Under the pieces are notes generated by a model. The model was given only the letters and a program-made list of their open reading frames with translations, was not told the DNA's origin and searched no databases. Positions 50,835 to 59,043 of a stretch of 64,000 nucleotides of DNA are shown here, piece by piece. Position numbers and translations under genes: made by a program. Within the stretch, counting starts at the first letter, position 1. Each line of letters starts with the position of its first letter. The DNA lies in assembly GCA_963730185.1 (NCBI GenBank), contig CAVSQW010000015.1, forward strand, positions 512,001 to 576,000. Direction: 5' to 3'. The stretch comes from an uncultured Gemmatimonadales bacterium. Lineage in GTDB: Bacteria > Gemmatimonadota > Gemmatimonadetes > Gemmatimonadales > GWC2-71-9.

Positions 50835-51926
50835 CTAGCTGGCATGGCGCACCGCCCGCCGCTCGTCGAGCAGGGCCTGCCAGAACTCGGCGGTCCGGGC
50901 GGCGACCGCGGCGGTGGTGTAGTGCTCGAGCGCCCGCTGGCGGGCCAGGCTGCCGAGGGCGCGACAACGGGCGGGCTCGGCGACCCACTGCTGGAGGGCG
51001 GCGGTGAGCGTGGGCCCGGCCGCGGCGACCACGCCCGCGTCTCCCACCAGCTCGGGCAGCGCACCGGAGTCGCTCACCAGAGCGGGGAGCCCGCGGGCCA
51101 TGGCGTCCACCAGGACGGTGGAATGCTGCTCGACCCAGGTGGGGGTGGTCCGCGAGGGCACGGCGAGACAGTCGATCTCGGGCCAGAACTGCTCCATGAC
51201 CTCGGGGCGGATCCCGCCGAGCCAGCGGACCCGGGCCGCGAGCCCGTGGCGCTCGACCAGCCGCTCGAGGGGCTCCTGCTCGGGGCCGGTGCCGGCCACG
51301 ACCAGCTTCCAGGTCCCATAGGTCTGACTGAGCGCCTCGAACAACTGGTCGAGCCCGCGCTCCGGAACCAGGCGGCCGGCGAAGCCGATGGTGAGGCCCT
51401 CCCGCAGGGTGGGCGCCGGGCGGAGCGGCGGCATCGCGATGCCGGCCTGGGGCAGCACGGTGGACAGCGCCTCCGGGGCGTCGGCCCGAAGCAGCTCCTC
51501 GGCCAGGCGGTTGCCGCCGATGACCCCGCTCGCGCCGCCCAACACTCGCTTGGCCCGGCGGCGGAGGCGTAGACCCAGCGGCCGGGCCAGGCTCTCCCAG
51601 CTGAAGATCACGTAGGGCACATCGAGCGAGCCGGCCGCCGCGGCCGTGGTGTCGGCGAGCGGCGTCTCCGGATTCTCCTCGATCTGGATCAGGTCGGGCC
51701 GAAACTCGGTCAGGAGCCGTCGCAGGGCGCCGCCGTGCCAGCGAAGCGTCGCCGGTTCGGCCGGATTGCCCTTGACCGGGATCGGCGCCAGCCGCACGGC
51801 CCCGTCGGCCGCGGCCTCGCCGCCGGGCGTGGCGGCGACGACGTCCCAGCCCAGCCCGGCGAGGACGCGGAGCTTGTCGCGTCTGCCGGGTTCGCGATAG
51901 AAGGTGGAGAGCACCAGGGCGCGCAC
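50835..51926 (-). CDS. GT4 glycosyltransferase
   Basis: IGFAGRLVPERG, PSRTTPTWVEQ...DAMARGLP.LVSDSGALPE. Confidence 0.85.
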   Translation of the reverse strand: MRALVLSTFYREPGRRDKLRVLAGLGWDVVAATPGGEAAADGAVRLAPIPVKGNPAEPATLRWHGGALRRLLTEFRPDLIQIEENPETPLADTTAAAAGSLDVPYVIFSWESLARPLGLRLRRRAKRVLGGASGVIGGNRLAEELLRADAPEALSTVLPQAGIAMPPLRPAPTLREGLTIGFAGRLVPERGLDQLFEALSQTYGTWKLVVAGTGPEQEPLERLVERHGLAARVRWLGGIRPEVMEQFWPEIDCLAVPSRTTPTWVEQHSTVLVDAMARGLPALVSDSGALPELVGDAGVVAAAGPTLTAALQQWVAEPARCRALGSLARQRALEHYTTAAVAARTAEFWQALLDERRAVRHAS

Positions 51927-51990
51927 AGTCCCACAATAATGGTCGGGGCGCGCCTCGGCGCAAAGGGATTTTCGAGCGTGATCGTTCCGG

Positions 51991-53349
51991 TCAGTGCTTG
52001 GTCCAGATGAGCACCGCGCCGCAGCCGGTGGCCGGGCTCGAGTATTCGAGCGGGACCCGGTCGCTGCTGTCGAACACCTCGATGCCGTCGATCTCGTCCT
52101 TGGGCACGTTCATCATCGCGTCGGGCGGGGTGGGCACCCCGTTGACCAGCAGGGCCATGGAGCACATCTGGCCACTGGTGTTCCGCCGGCCCTGGTTGAC
52201 CAGCGCGCTCTCGCTTCCGAAGCCCTCTTGGAGCCGGACGGAGGGCAGCTGGCGGAAGATGTCGCCGGTGTAGGTGGCCGCCATCCGCGCCAGGTCGCTG
52301 GGATCGTAGAAATTGCCGAAGCCCCGCTTCCGGCGGTCGTCGAAGCCCGAGGTCGCGGCCCGTCCGGCCTTGGCCTCGACCTTGATCTCGGGCAGGGCCA
52401 GCGCCTGGGTCGGGAGCACCAGGTCCACGCTGGTGCTCCGCTCGGCCGCCAGCGTGACGGTTCGCGCCAGCGGCGCCGAGCCGATCCGGCGAACGGCGAC
52501 CATCGCCGTGCCCGGGGTCAAGCTGTCGAGGGTGAAGCGGCCGGAGGTGTCGGTCTTGGCGACCCGGCTCCGCATCCCGGCCCCGTTCACGGTCCAGACG
52601 TCGGCGTTGGCGAGAGGACGCTTCTCCACGTCGGTCACCCGGCCGACCAGGACGGCGTTGGCGGGCGAATTCTCGGGCGCCATCACCAGGTGGAGGGTGA
52701 TCGCCTCCTCGCTCCGAAGGGTCATGTCGCCCGTGGTCGGCACGAACCCGTCGAGCTCCGCCTCGGCCGTGACGGTGGCCTTGGGCGGGAGGCCGCAGAT
52801 GGTATAGAAGCCGGTGGAGTCGGTGGTGACGTTCCGGACCTGCATTTGCCGACGGGGGCCGAGCTGCGGGTCGACGACGATGTTCCCCCACTTGACCGTG
52901 AGGGCGACGCCCGACAGGGGCTCGGCCGTGAGCGCGTTCCGGATCACCCCGAAGAGCGCGGCCTCGCTTTGGACCGCGGGGTCGGCCGGGCAAAGTCGCA
53001 TGAAGCTTCGTCCCGACGGGACGCCAAGCAGGGCCCGGGCGGAGCCGCCCGGCGGGACGTCGACCGCGACCGCGGCGCCCCGGACCCCGAGACTGTCGAG
53101 GACGGGATGGCGGAAGGTGACTTCGTAGTGCCCGGGGGGAATGCTGTCGGCGATGAAGCGGCCCCCGGCGTTCGTGGTGAAGACCCGTTTGATCCCCGAG
53201 ACCGACACCTGCGCCCCAGCCAGCCGGCGACGGTTGAGGCTGTCGGTGACGACGCCGACGATGGTCCCCGTCTGGGCGGCGACGCGGACCGGGCCGGCGA
53301 GGGAGAGGGCGAGCCCGCCGAGGAGGGCGAAGAGACGCTTCGAAGCCAT
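51991..53349 (-). CDS. Secreted protein with about three carboxypeptidase-regulatory-like (Ig-like) domains and a C-terminal TonB-plug-like domain
   Basis: Signal peptide; repeated G.V.D...L.GA.V...T...G.F units; C-terminus IDGIEVF...CGAVLIWTK; no beta-barrel. Confidence 0.7.
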   Translation of the reverse strand: MASKRLFALLGGLALSLAGPVRVAAQTGTIVGVVTDSLNRRRLAGAQVSVSGIKRVFTTNAGGRFIADSIPPGHYEVTFRHPVLDSLGVRGAAVAVDVPPGGSARALLGVPSGRSFMRLCPADPAVQSEAALFGVIRNALTAEPLSGVALTVKWGNIVVDPQLGPRRQMQVRNVTTDSTGFYTICGLPPKATVTAEAELDGFVPTTGDMTLRSEEAITLHLVMAPENSPANAVLVGRVTDVEKRPLANADVWTVNGAGMRSRVAKTDTSGRFTLDSLTPGTAMVAVRRIGSAPLARTVTLAAERSTSVDLVLPTQALALPEIKVEAKAGRAATSGFDDRRKRGFGNFYDPSDLARMAATYTGDIFRQLPSVRLQEGFGSESALVNQGRRNTSGQMCSMALLVNGVPTPPDAMMNVPKDEIDGIEVFDSSDRVPLEYSSPATGCGAVLIWTKH

Positions 53350-53461
53350 GCGGGAGCATACGAAGCGAGGCCGTGCGGCCGCAACCGGGCTATGTTCTAC
53401 GGCGGTTTGGTAGGCGGACGGGCAGGGCGGCACGGTGGGCAGACGGCAGACAGGTGGCGTG

Positions 53462-53535
53462 GGGCCCTTAGCTCAGGTGGTTAGAGCAGCGGACTCATAA
53501 TCCGTCGGTCCCGGGTTCGAATCCCGGAGGGCCCA
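53462..53535 (+). tRNA. tRNA with CAT anticodon, most likely tRNA-Ile2 (lysidine); CCA not encoded
   Basis: GGGCCCT/AGGGCCC acceptor stem, TAGCTCAG D-arm, GCGGA-CTCATAA-TCCGT anticodon arm, GGTTCGAATCC T-arm; resembles E. coli ileX. Confidence 0.92.
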
Positions 53536-53580
53536 TGGAGGGATGGGAAGAGATGGGGAGGGATCGGGAGGGACGGGGGG
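53536..53580. repeat. Degenerate decamer repeat (ATGGGGAGGG family) right after the tRNA
   Basis: atggaggg atgggaagag atggggaggg atcgggaggg acgggggg. Confidence 0.65.
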
Positions 53581-53628
53581 CATCGATGCGGATCGCGACT
53601 CCACTTCTTTCATCGGCGAGGTCTTCGA

Positions 53629-54042
53629 GTGAACGGATTTTCCACCCAGCGGATTCCTGCGGCCGCCTACACCGCACTCCGGATCGCGGCCGGCTTGACC
53701 TTCACCGTCCACGGCGCTCAGAAGATGCTCGGCTGGTTCGGCGGCTTCGGCGCCGAAGGGGCGACGGTGGAGTACCTGAGCCGATTCGGAATCGCCGGCG
53801 GGGTCGAGTTGATCGGTGGCATCCTGATCACGCTGGGGCTCTTCACCCGGTTCGCGGCCCTCATCGCCTCGGGCGAGATGGCGGTCGCCTACTTCTGGAT
53901 GCACGTTGGGGGGAGCGGCAAGCTCTTCTGGTGGGAGAACCGGGGCGAGCTGGTGATGCTCTACGCTTTCCTCTGGCTCTTCGTCTCCGCGGCCGGCGGC
54001 GGCCCGATCAGCCTCGACCGGTGGCTCCGGCGGCGCGGGTAA
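53629..54042 (+). CDS. DoxX family membrane protein
   Basis: LRIAAGL.F..HGAQK, ELIGG.LI.LGLFTR.AA..ASGEMAVAY, GPISLD. Confidence 0.9.
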   Translation: MNGFSTQRIPAAAYTALRIAAGLTFTVHGAQKMLGWFGGFGAEGATVEYLSRFGIAGGVELIGGILITLGLFTRFAALIASGEMAVAYFWMHVGGSGKLFWWENRGELVMLYAFLWLFVSAAGGGPISLDRWLRRRG

Positions 54043-54161
54043 TCGGAAATAACCCGGATCGACCAGGCCTATCTCCCTGGGGATATGCCTGAGAACGCGC
54101 CGTGTGGATGACCACACGGCGCGTCGTCATCAAGGGGTGTAAGATTACTCGAGACGAGGTG

Positions 54162-54560
54162 ATGCCAATGCCACGGGAGCCACGGGGGTGGTTCGTGATC
54201 GCGATCGCGATGGCGATGCCGACTTCCCTTTCGGCCCGAGAGCCAGGGGCGGACGCTCCGGATTTCGCCAAGACCATCGAACGCACCTGGGCCGGACGAT
54301 CGTCCACCTTCAATACGGATCTGGTCGAGATCCCGCCCGTCCTGCCGTTCGGCCGGGCCGGGTGGCTCTGGGCGGCCCGCGGGCACGGCCCCGGCTGGAA
54401 CGGGGGGCTACCACCGGCCGTCCCCGCTTCGGCGGGCCGGCAGCTGCTTCCGGTGACCACCGCCCCGGAGCCGGCCACCATGGCGTTGCTGGCGGCCGGC
54501 CTCGGCGGCCTGGGCCTGATTGGTCTGACCCGGCGGCGACGCCCGCCGGCTAGGCGCTGA
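54162..54560 (+). CDS. Small PEP-CTERM sorting-domain protein
   Basis: Hydrophobic N-terminus; C-terminus TTAPEPATMALLAAGLGGLGLIGLTRRRR; GAGGTG RBS (start may be 54168). Confidence 0.75.
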   Translation: MPMPREPRGWFVIAIAMAMPTSLSAREPGADAPDFAKTIERTWAGRSSTFNTDLVEIPPVLPFGRAGWLWAARGHGPGWNGGLPPAVPASAGRQLLPVTTAPEPATMALLAAGLGGLGLIGLTRRRRPPARR

Positions 54561-54579
54561 GCGCCCGACCCCGTCACCC

Positions 54580-56355
54580 ATGCCTGTTCCCGCACGAAAG
54601 TCACTCCGGCGACGGCTCCCGCTGTTGTTCGCGCTGGCCATCGGCATCGCGGTCGTCGCCTTCGGGGCGATCGCCTACGGGGCGCTCCGCCGAACGCTGA
54701 TCACCACGGCGTCACTCCGACTCCGGACGGTGGCCGAGCGGTTTGCCCAGAGTTCGGCGACGGCCCTCGACCGCCGAGTCGGCGCGATGCGGGCCTTGGC
54801 CCGAGATCCGGCTGTCACGGAGGCGCTTAGCGGCGGCGACTCCGTGGCGGCGAGCCGGGTGCTCGCTCGCCTGGGCCCCGACACCGGCGCGATGGTCGCG
54901 GTGGGTCTCCGGGACGCCGCCGGCCGGACGGTGCTCTCCGGGAGGAACCTCCTCAGGCTGGAGGGACGTCCCGTGCCGGCCGACCAGCCGATCAGCCCGC
55001 TCTTTGCCCGGGGTGACTCGGTGGAGTTCCTGATCCGGGCGCCGGTCGTGGTCGGCGACTCGATCGTCGGCGAGGTCGTGCAGGTGCGCCTGGTTCGAAG
55101 CACCCCCAACGCTCTCAAGACCCTCAACGACCTGATCGGCGCCGAGGCGACGCTGATGGTCGGCAACGCCGACGGCTCCCTCTGGACGGATCTCCGTCGT
55201 CTGGTCAGCTTGCCGTCCCCGGGCGACAGCGTGACCCGCTACGTCCGGCGTGATCGAAAGCGGCTGCTCGGGATGGCCGAGCTGGCGGGCTCACCGCTGG
55301 TGTTCGCGGTCGACCAGCCGATGGATCGAGTGCTGATGCCGGCTCGAAGCCTCGTGCTCCGCTTCGCCGCCCTCGCGGTCTTGATTATCGTCGTTGGCAC
55401 CCTGCTCACGTGGTTGGCGAGCCGCCGGATCACGGGACCCCTCACCGACCTGACCCGGGCCACCGTGGCCGTGGCGAAGGGCGGGACGTCGGTCATCCCA
55501 GTTCCGGTGGACCGCGACGACGAGATCGGCGCTCTGGCCCGCGCTTTCTCGATCATGGCCCGGAGCGTCTTCCGCTCGCGAGAGGAGCTGGAGCGGCAGG
55601 TTGCCGAGCGGACTCAGGCGCTCGAGGACGCTCGGGACGAGCTGGTCCGCAAGGAACGCCTGGCGATGCTCGGTCAGTTCGCGGGCGGCGTCAGTCACGA
55701 GCTCCGAAATCCGCTCAGCGTCATGGGCGTCGCGGTGTACTCGTTGGAGGCGCTCGTCGTCGACCCGTCGCCCAAGGTGCGTGAATACCTCGGCGTGATG
55801 CAGCAACAGATCCAGCTGGTGGACAAGATCGTGGCCGACATGCTGGATTTCGTGCGGATCCGGCCGGCGGAGCGGATGCCGATGGATCTCGGACCGTTCA
55901 TCGAGGCCCAGCTGGCCCGGGTCGAGATCCCGCCTTCGCTCGAGGTCCGGCGCGATCTGGATCCGGCGCCGGCCGCGGTCTACGCCGACCCGATCCAGAT
56001 CGGGCAGGTGCTGTTCAACGTTCTCACCAACGCGGTCCAGGCGATGGAAGGAGTGGGGTGCCTCACGATCCGGACCCGCGGGATGAACGACCGGGTGTGG
56101 TTGGAGATCGAGGACACCGGTCCGGGCGTGCCGCCCGGGGATCGGGACCGCATCTTCGAGCCGCTCTTCACCACCAAGCGGTTCGGCTTCGGGTTGGGGC
56201 TCGCGGTATCGCGGTCGCTCGCCCGGGCCAACGGAGGGGAGCTCTCGGTCGTGAGCGCCGAGGGTCGCGGGGCGGCCTTCCGTCTGGATCTCCCCGCCGC
56301 CCGCCCCCCGTCCACGGCGCACCGGGTCAGCGAAGCCGCGGTCGGCCGGGTCTGA
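54580..56355 (+). CDS. Membrane sensor histidine kinase (periplasmic sensor, HAMP, HisKA, HATPase)
   Basis: Two TM helices, DDEIGALARAF HAMP, SHELRNPL H-box, NVLTNAVQAM, DTGPG, FEPLFTTK..GLGL. Confidence 0.92.
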   Translation: MPVPARKSLRRRLPLLFALAIGIAVVAFGAIAYGALRRTLITTASLRLRTVAERFAQSSATALDRRVGAMRALARDPAVTEALSGGDSVAASRVLARLGPDTGAMVAVGLRDAAGRTVLSGRNLLRLEGRPVPADQPISPLFARGDSVEFLIRAPVVVGDSIVGEVVQVRLVRSTPNALKTLNDLIGAEATLMVGNADGSLWTDLRRLVSLPSPGDSVTRYVRRDRKRLLGMAELAGSPLVFAVDQPMDRVLMPARSLVLRFAALAVLIIVVGTLLTWLASRRITGPLTDLTRATVAVAKGGTSVIPVPVDRDDEIGALARAFSIMARSVFRSREELERQVAERTQALEDARDELVRKERLAMLGQFAGGVSHELRNPLSVMGVAVYSLEALVVDPSPKVREYLGVMQQQIQLVDKIVADMLDFVRIRPAERMPMDLGPFIEAQLARVEIPPSLEVRRDLDPAPAAVYADPIQIGQVLFNVLTNAVQAMEGVGCLTIRTRGMNDRVWLEIEDTGPGVPPGDRDRIFEPLFTTKRFGFGLGLAVSRSLARANGGELSVVSAEGRGAAFRLDLPAARPPSTAHRVSEAAVGRV

Positions 56356-56356
56356 G

Positions 56357-56986
56357 TTACCGCCGGACGATGCCGCGCTCGTGGGCGATGGAGACGGCCT
56401 GGGTCCGGTCGCGGGCGCCGAGCTTGGCGAGGATCGCTTTGACGTGAATCTTGACGGTGCCCTCGACGATGCCCAGCCGATTGCCGATCTCCTGGTTGCT
56501 GAGGCCGGCGGCGATGAGCAGCATCACTTCGCGTTGACGGGGGGTGAGCTGCGGACGGTGCAGGCTCGAGGCCAGCTTGGCCACGAGCGGCGCGGGAATG
56601 CAGGTCTCGCCACGGCTCACCTGCCGAATGGCCGCCGCGAGCTCGTCGGGTGACGCGTTCTTGACCAGGTAGCCGGCCGCCCCCGCCTGCACGGCACGGT
56701 GAATTTCCTCGTCGGTGTCGAAGCCCGAGAGGACGATCGCGCGCGTGTCCGGCAGCTCCCGAGCCAGCCCGGCAAGCACCTCGAACCCGCTCATCCCGCC
56801 CATGCGAAGATCGACCAGAGCGACGTGAGGCTGGTTGGCCCGGCAGAGTTCCAGCGCCGCCTCGCCCGTCCCCGCCGTCCCAACGACCCGGAAATCGGCG
56901 TACCGCGCGAGCAGAAAGGCCAGGCCGTCCCGGTACACCGGATGATCGTCGGCGATCACCAGCCGGATCGACTCGCCGTCGAGCAT
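56357..56986 (-). CDS. NarL/LuxR-family response regulator
   Basis: ADDHPV, VDLRM, GYLVK; LTPRQREV...GLSNQEIG..L..VEGTVKIHV HTH. Confidence 0.93.
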   Translation of the reverse strand: MLDGESIRLVIADDHPVYRDGLAFLLARYADFRVVGTAGTGEAALELCRANQPHVALVDLRMGGMSGFEVLAGLARELPDTRAIVLSGFDTDEEIHRAVQAGAAGYLVKNASPDELAAAIRQVSRGETCIPAPLVAKLASSLHRPQLTPRQREVMLLIAAGLSNQEIGNRLGIVEGTVKIHVKAILAKLGARDRTQAVSIAHERGIVRR

Positions 56987-57129
56987 CGGTCCCCCTGTGG
57001 TGCGGTAGCCCCGGGCCGAAGGGGTGTCCAAAAACGGTTCGCTGAGTGAAGGTTTTTGAATATAGCGGTCGGGGTCCGCCAGTGGGGAGTGGTCCGAAAA
57101 TGCTTCAGAGCCGGCCCGATCGACCCGAC

Positions 57130-57390
57130 TCAGGGGGTGCCGACCGCTCCGGACGAGCGGGGTGGGCAGAGTCGCGAGGCCAAGGTGGAGGCCCGGTCGG
57201 CGGCCGCCGACCTGCCTCGGCCGCCCTCCAACCGGGCGATCAGGTGGTATCGTGCCGCGGCGAGCGCCGCGTCCTCGCTACCCGTGACTCGGCCGATCAG
57301 GCCCAGGCCGACCGCTCGCGAGCGGATCAGCCCCGACCGGACGAGCGCGGCGAGTCGGGCGCCGCCGGAGGACGGGGCGGCCCCGGTCAT
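57130..57390 (-). CDS. Small hypothetical protein
   Basis: ATGA overlap with the upstream ORF and GGAGG RBS; no recognisable motif. Confidence 0.35.
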   Translation of the reverse strand: MTGAAPSSGGARLAALVRSGLIRSRAVGLGLIGRVTGSEDAALAAARYHLIARLEGGRGRSAAADRASTLASRLCPPRSSGAVGTP

Positions 57391-57734
57391 TGCCGATTCG
57401 CCCTCCGGGCTCGGACCAAGCGAAGAAGCTTGTCGGTCAGGGCGTCCAACTCGTCCCAAGCAGCTTCGATCCGGGATCGGGTCGCCTCCCATTGGACTCG
57501 GGTCCGTGCCACGGCCAGCTCCTCGACGAGGTGACTCAGGCGGTCGCGACAGCCCGAGAGCTGCGTCAGGTCCCGGCCGAGATAGTGCCGGTACCGGGAC
57601 TCGGTCCGGGTCGCACAGAGCACTAGAATGGCATAGCGTTCCCGCCAGACCAGGAGGCGATTGTGAACCTCCGCCTGGTACGAACGGTGGGCCCTGTGCC
57701 AGGGCGCGGTCGGAAGGGGGACGGCCGGTAACAC
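57387..57734 (-). CDS. Hypothetical helical/coiled-coil protein
   Basis: 115-aa ORF with protein-like composition (IEAAWDELDAL); TAGCTT -10-like box upstream. Confidence 0.5.
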   Translation of the reverse strand: MLPAVPLPTAPWHRAHRSYQAEVHNRLLVWRERYAILVLCATRTESRYRHYLGRDLTQLSGCRDRLSHLVEELAVARTRVQWEATRSRIEAAWDELDALTDKLLRLVRARRANRQ

Positions 57735-57868
57735 GATGAGGGCTCCGCGAATGGATACGCTCTCAAGCTAGAGCGCGACGCCCGCGACGACTATTGCACC
57801 GAAGTGATACCGACGGACCCTTACCCGAGAGATAGGGGAAGGCCCGCTCCCGGCGGTCCCAGCGTTCC

Positions 57869-57897
57869 TTGCCCGGGCCCGAGTTCGCGATTACACT
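57869..57897 (+). promoter_or_regulatory. Putative sigma70 promoter of tRNA-Val
   Basis: TTGCCC, N17, TACACT, 12 nt upstream of the tRNA. Confidence 0.5.
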
Positions 57898-57909
57898 TGC
57901 CCCCCCGAC

Positions 57910-57983
57910 GGGCGATTAGCTCAGCTGGTTAGAGCGCTGGTCTCACATACCAGAGGTCGGGGGTTCGAGTCCCTCATCGCCCA
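57910..57983 (+). tRNA. tRNA-Val(CAC); CCA not encoded
   Basis: GGGCGAT/ATCGCCC acceptor stem; CTGGT-CTCACAT-ACCAG anticodon arm; GGTTCGAGTCC T-arm. Confidence 0.95.
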
Positions 57984-57993
57984 CTGCGCTTCC

Positions 57994-59043
57994 TCAGATC
58001 GCCCCTCCCCGCCTCAGCCGTCCGATGGTGTCGTACCGCTCCTCGTGGGCGGCGAGCACCTCGTCGGGCGAGACCGTCGCCACCCCGGCCTTGCCGACCT
58101 CCACCCCGGCCGCGACGTTGGCCAGATAGGCCGCTTCGTCCAAGGTGGCGCCGGCCGACAGCGCCGTCGCGGTCCAGGCGGTGACCGTGTCGCCGGCCCC
58201 GGACACGTCGTAGACGTCGCGGGCGAGGCTCGGTACCCGCCGGGGAGCGGTCGCGCCGGACACCAGGATCATCCCATCGGCGCCGAGGGTTAGGAGCAGG
58301 TTGTCGACCCCGAGCCGGACCATGGCCTGGTTCAGGGCGTCGGGTTGCGCTTCCAGGTCGACGGCGGCGCCCAAAGCGGCCTCCAGCTCCCGCCGGTTGG
58401 GCTTGAACACGGTGGCGCCGCGGTAGTCGAAGAAGTGGCGGAACTTGGGGTCGACCACCACCGGGAGGCCCTGCCGGCGAGCTTCGACGATCACCGTCGC
58501 GATCAGGGCGGGGTCGAGCACGCCCTTGTTGTAGTCCTCCAGGACCAGGGCGTCGGCCGAAGGCAGGTGGCCGAGGATCCGCTCGATCAGGCGGTCGCGG
58601 TCGGCGGGGTCGAGGGCGGAGGCTACCTCCTCGTCGATCCGGACCACCTGCTGGGCCCGGGCCAGGACCCGGGTCTTGGTGGTGGTGGGCCGATCGGCGA
58701 CGGTCATCAGGTCCTGATCCGGCATCTGGCGGGCCGCCATCTCACCCCGGATCCAGAGGCCGTGCTCGTCGTCGCCCACGACGCCGGCCAGGATCGGCAC
58801 CGCCCCGATCGCCGCCACGTTGGCGGCCACGTTGGCCGCCCCGCCCAAGGTGGCCCGCCGCTCCCGAATCGTCACCACCGGCACCGGCGCCTCGGGCGAA
58901 AGCCGCTCGGTGTCGCCGATCAGGTAGCGGTCGAGCATCACGTCACCCACCACCACCACCCGGCGGTTCGCCATGTTGCCCATCAGGTGGATGAGCCGGT
59001 CCCGCCCGACCGGCGGCCCGGTTCCGATGCTGTCTCGCGTCAC
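57994..59043 (-). CDS. rfaE1: D-glycero-beta-D-manno-heptose-7-phosphate kinase (stand-alone RfaE domain I / HldA)
   Basis: VGDVMLDRY, RLSPEAPVPV, GGAANVA, TTTKTR, EDYNKG, VDPK, KPNRRE, DVSGAGDTV. Confidence 0.92.
   Translation of the reverse strand: MTRDSIGTGPPVGRDRLIHLMGNMANRRVVVVGDVMLDRYLIGDTERLSPEAPVPVVTIRERRATLGGAANVAANVAAIGAVPILAGVVGDDEHGLWIRGEMAARQMPDQDLMTVADRPTTTKTRVLARAQQVVRIDEEVASALDPADRDRLIERILGHLPSADALVLEDYNKGVLDPALIATVIVEARRQGLPVVVDPKFRHFFDYRGATVFKPNRRELEAALGAAVDLEAQPDALNQAMVRLGVDNLLLTLGADGMILVSGATAPRRVPSLARDVYDVSGAGDTVTAWTATALSAGATLDEAAYLANVAAGVEVGKAGVATVSPDEVLAAHEERYDTIGRLRRGGAI

Noticed and set aside
53536..57909. Integrative element or prophage at the tRNAs
   Set aside because: No integrase, no phage genes and no duplicated tRNA 3' end found.
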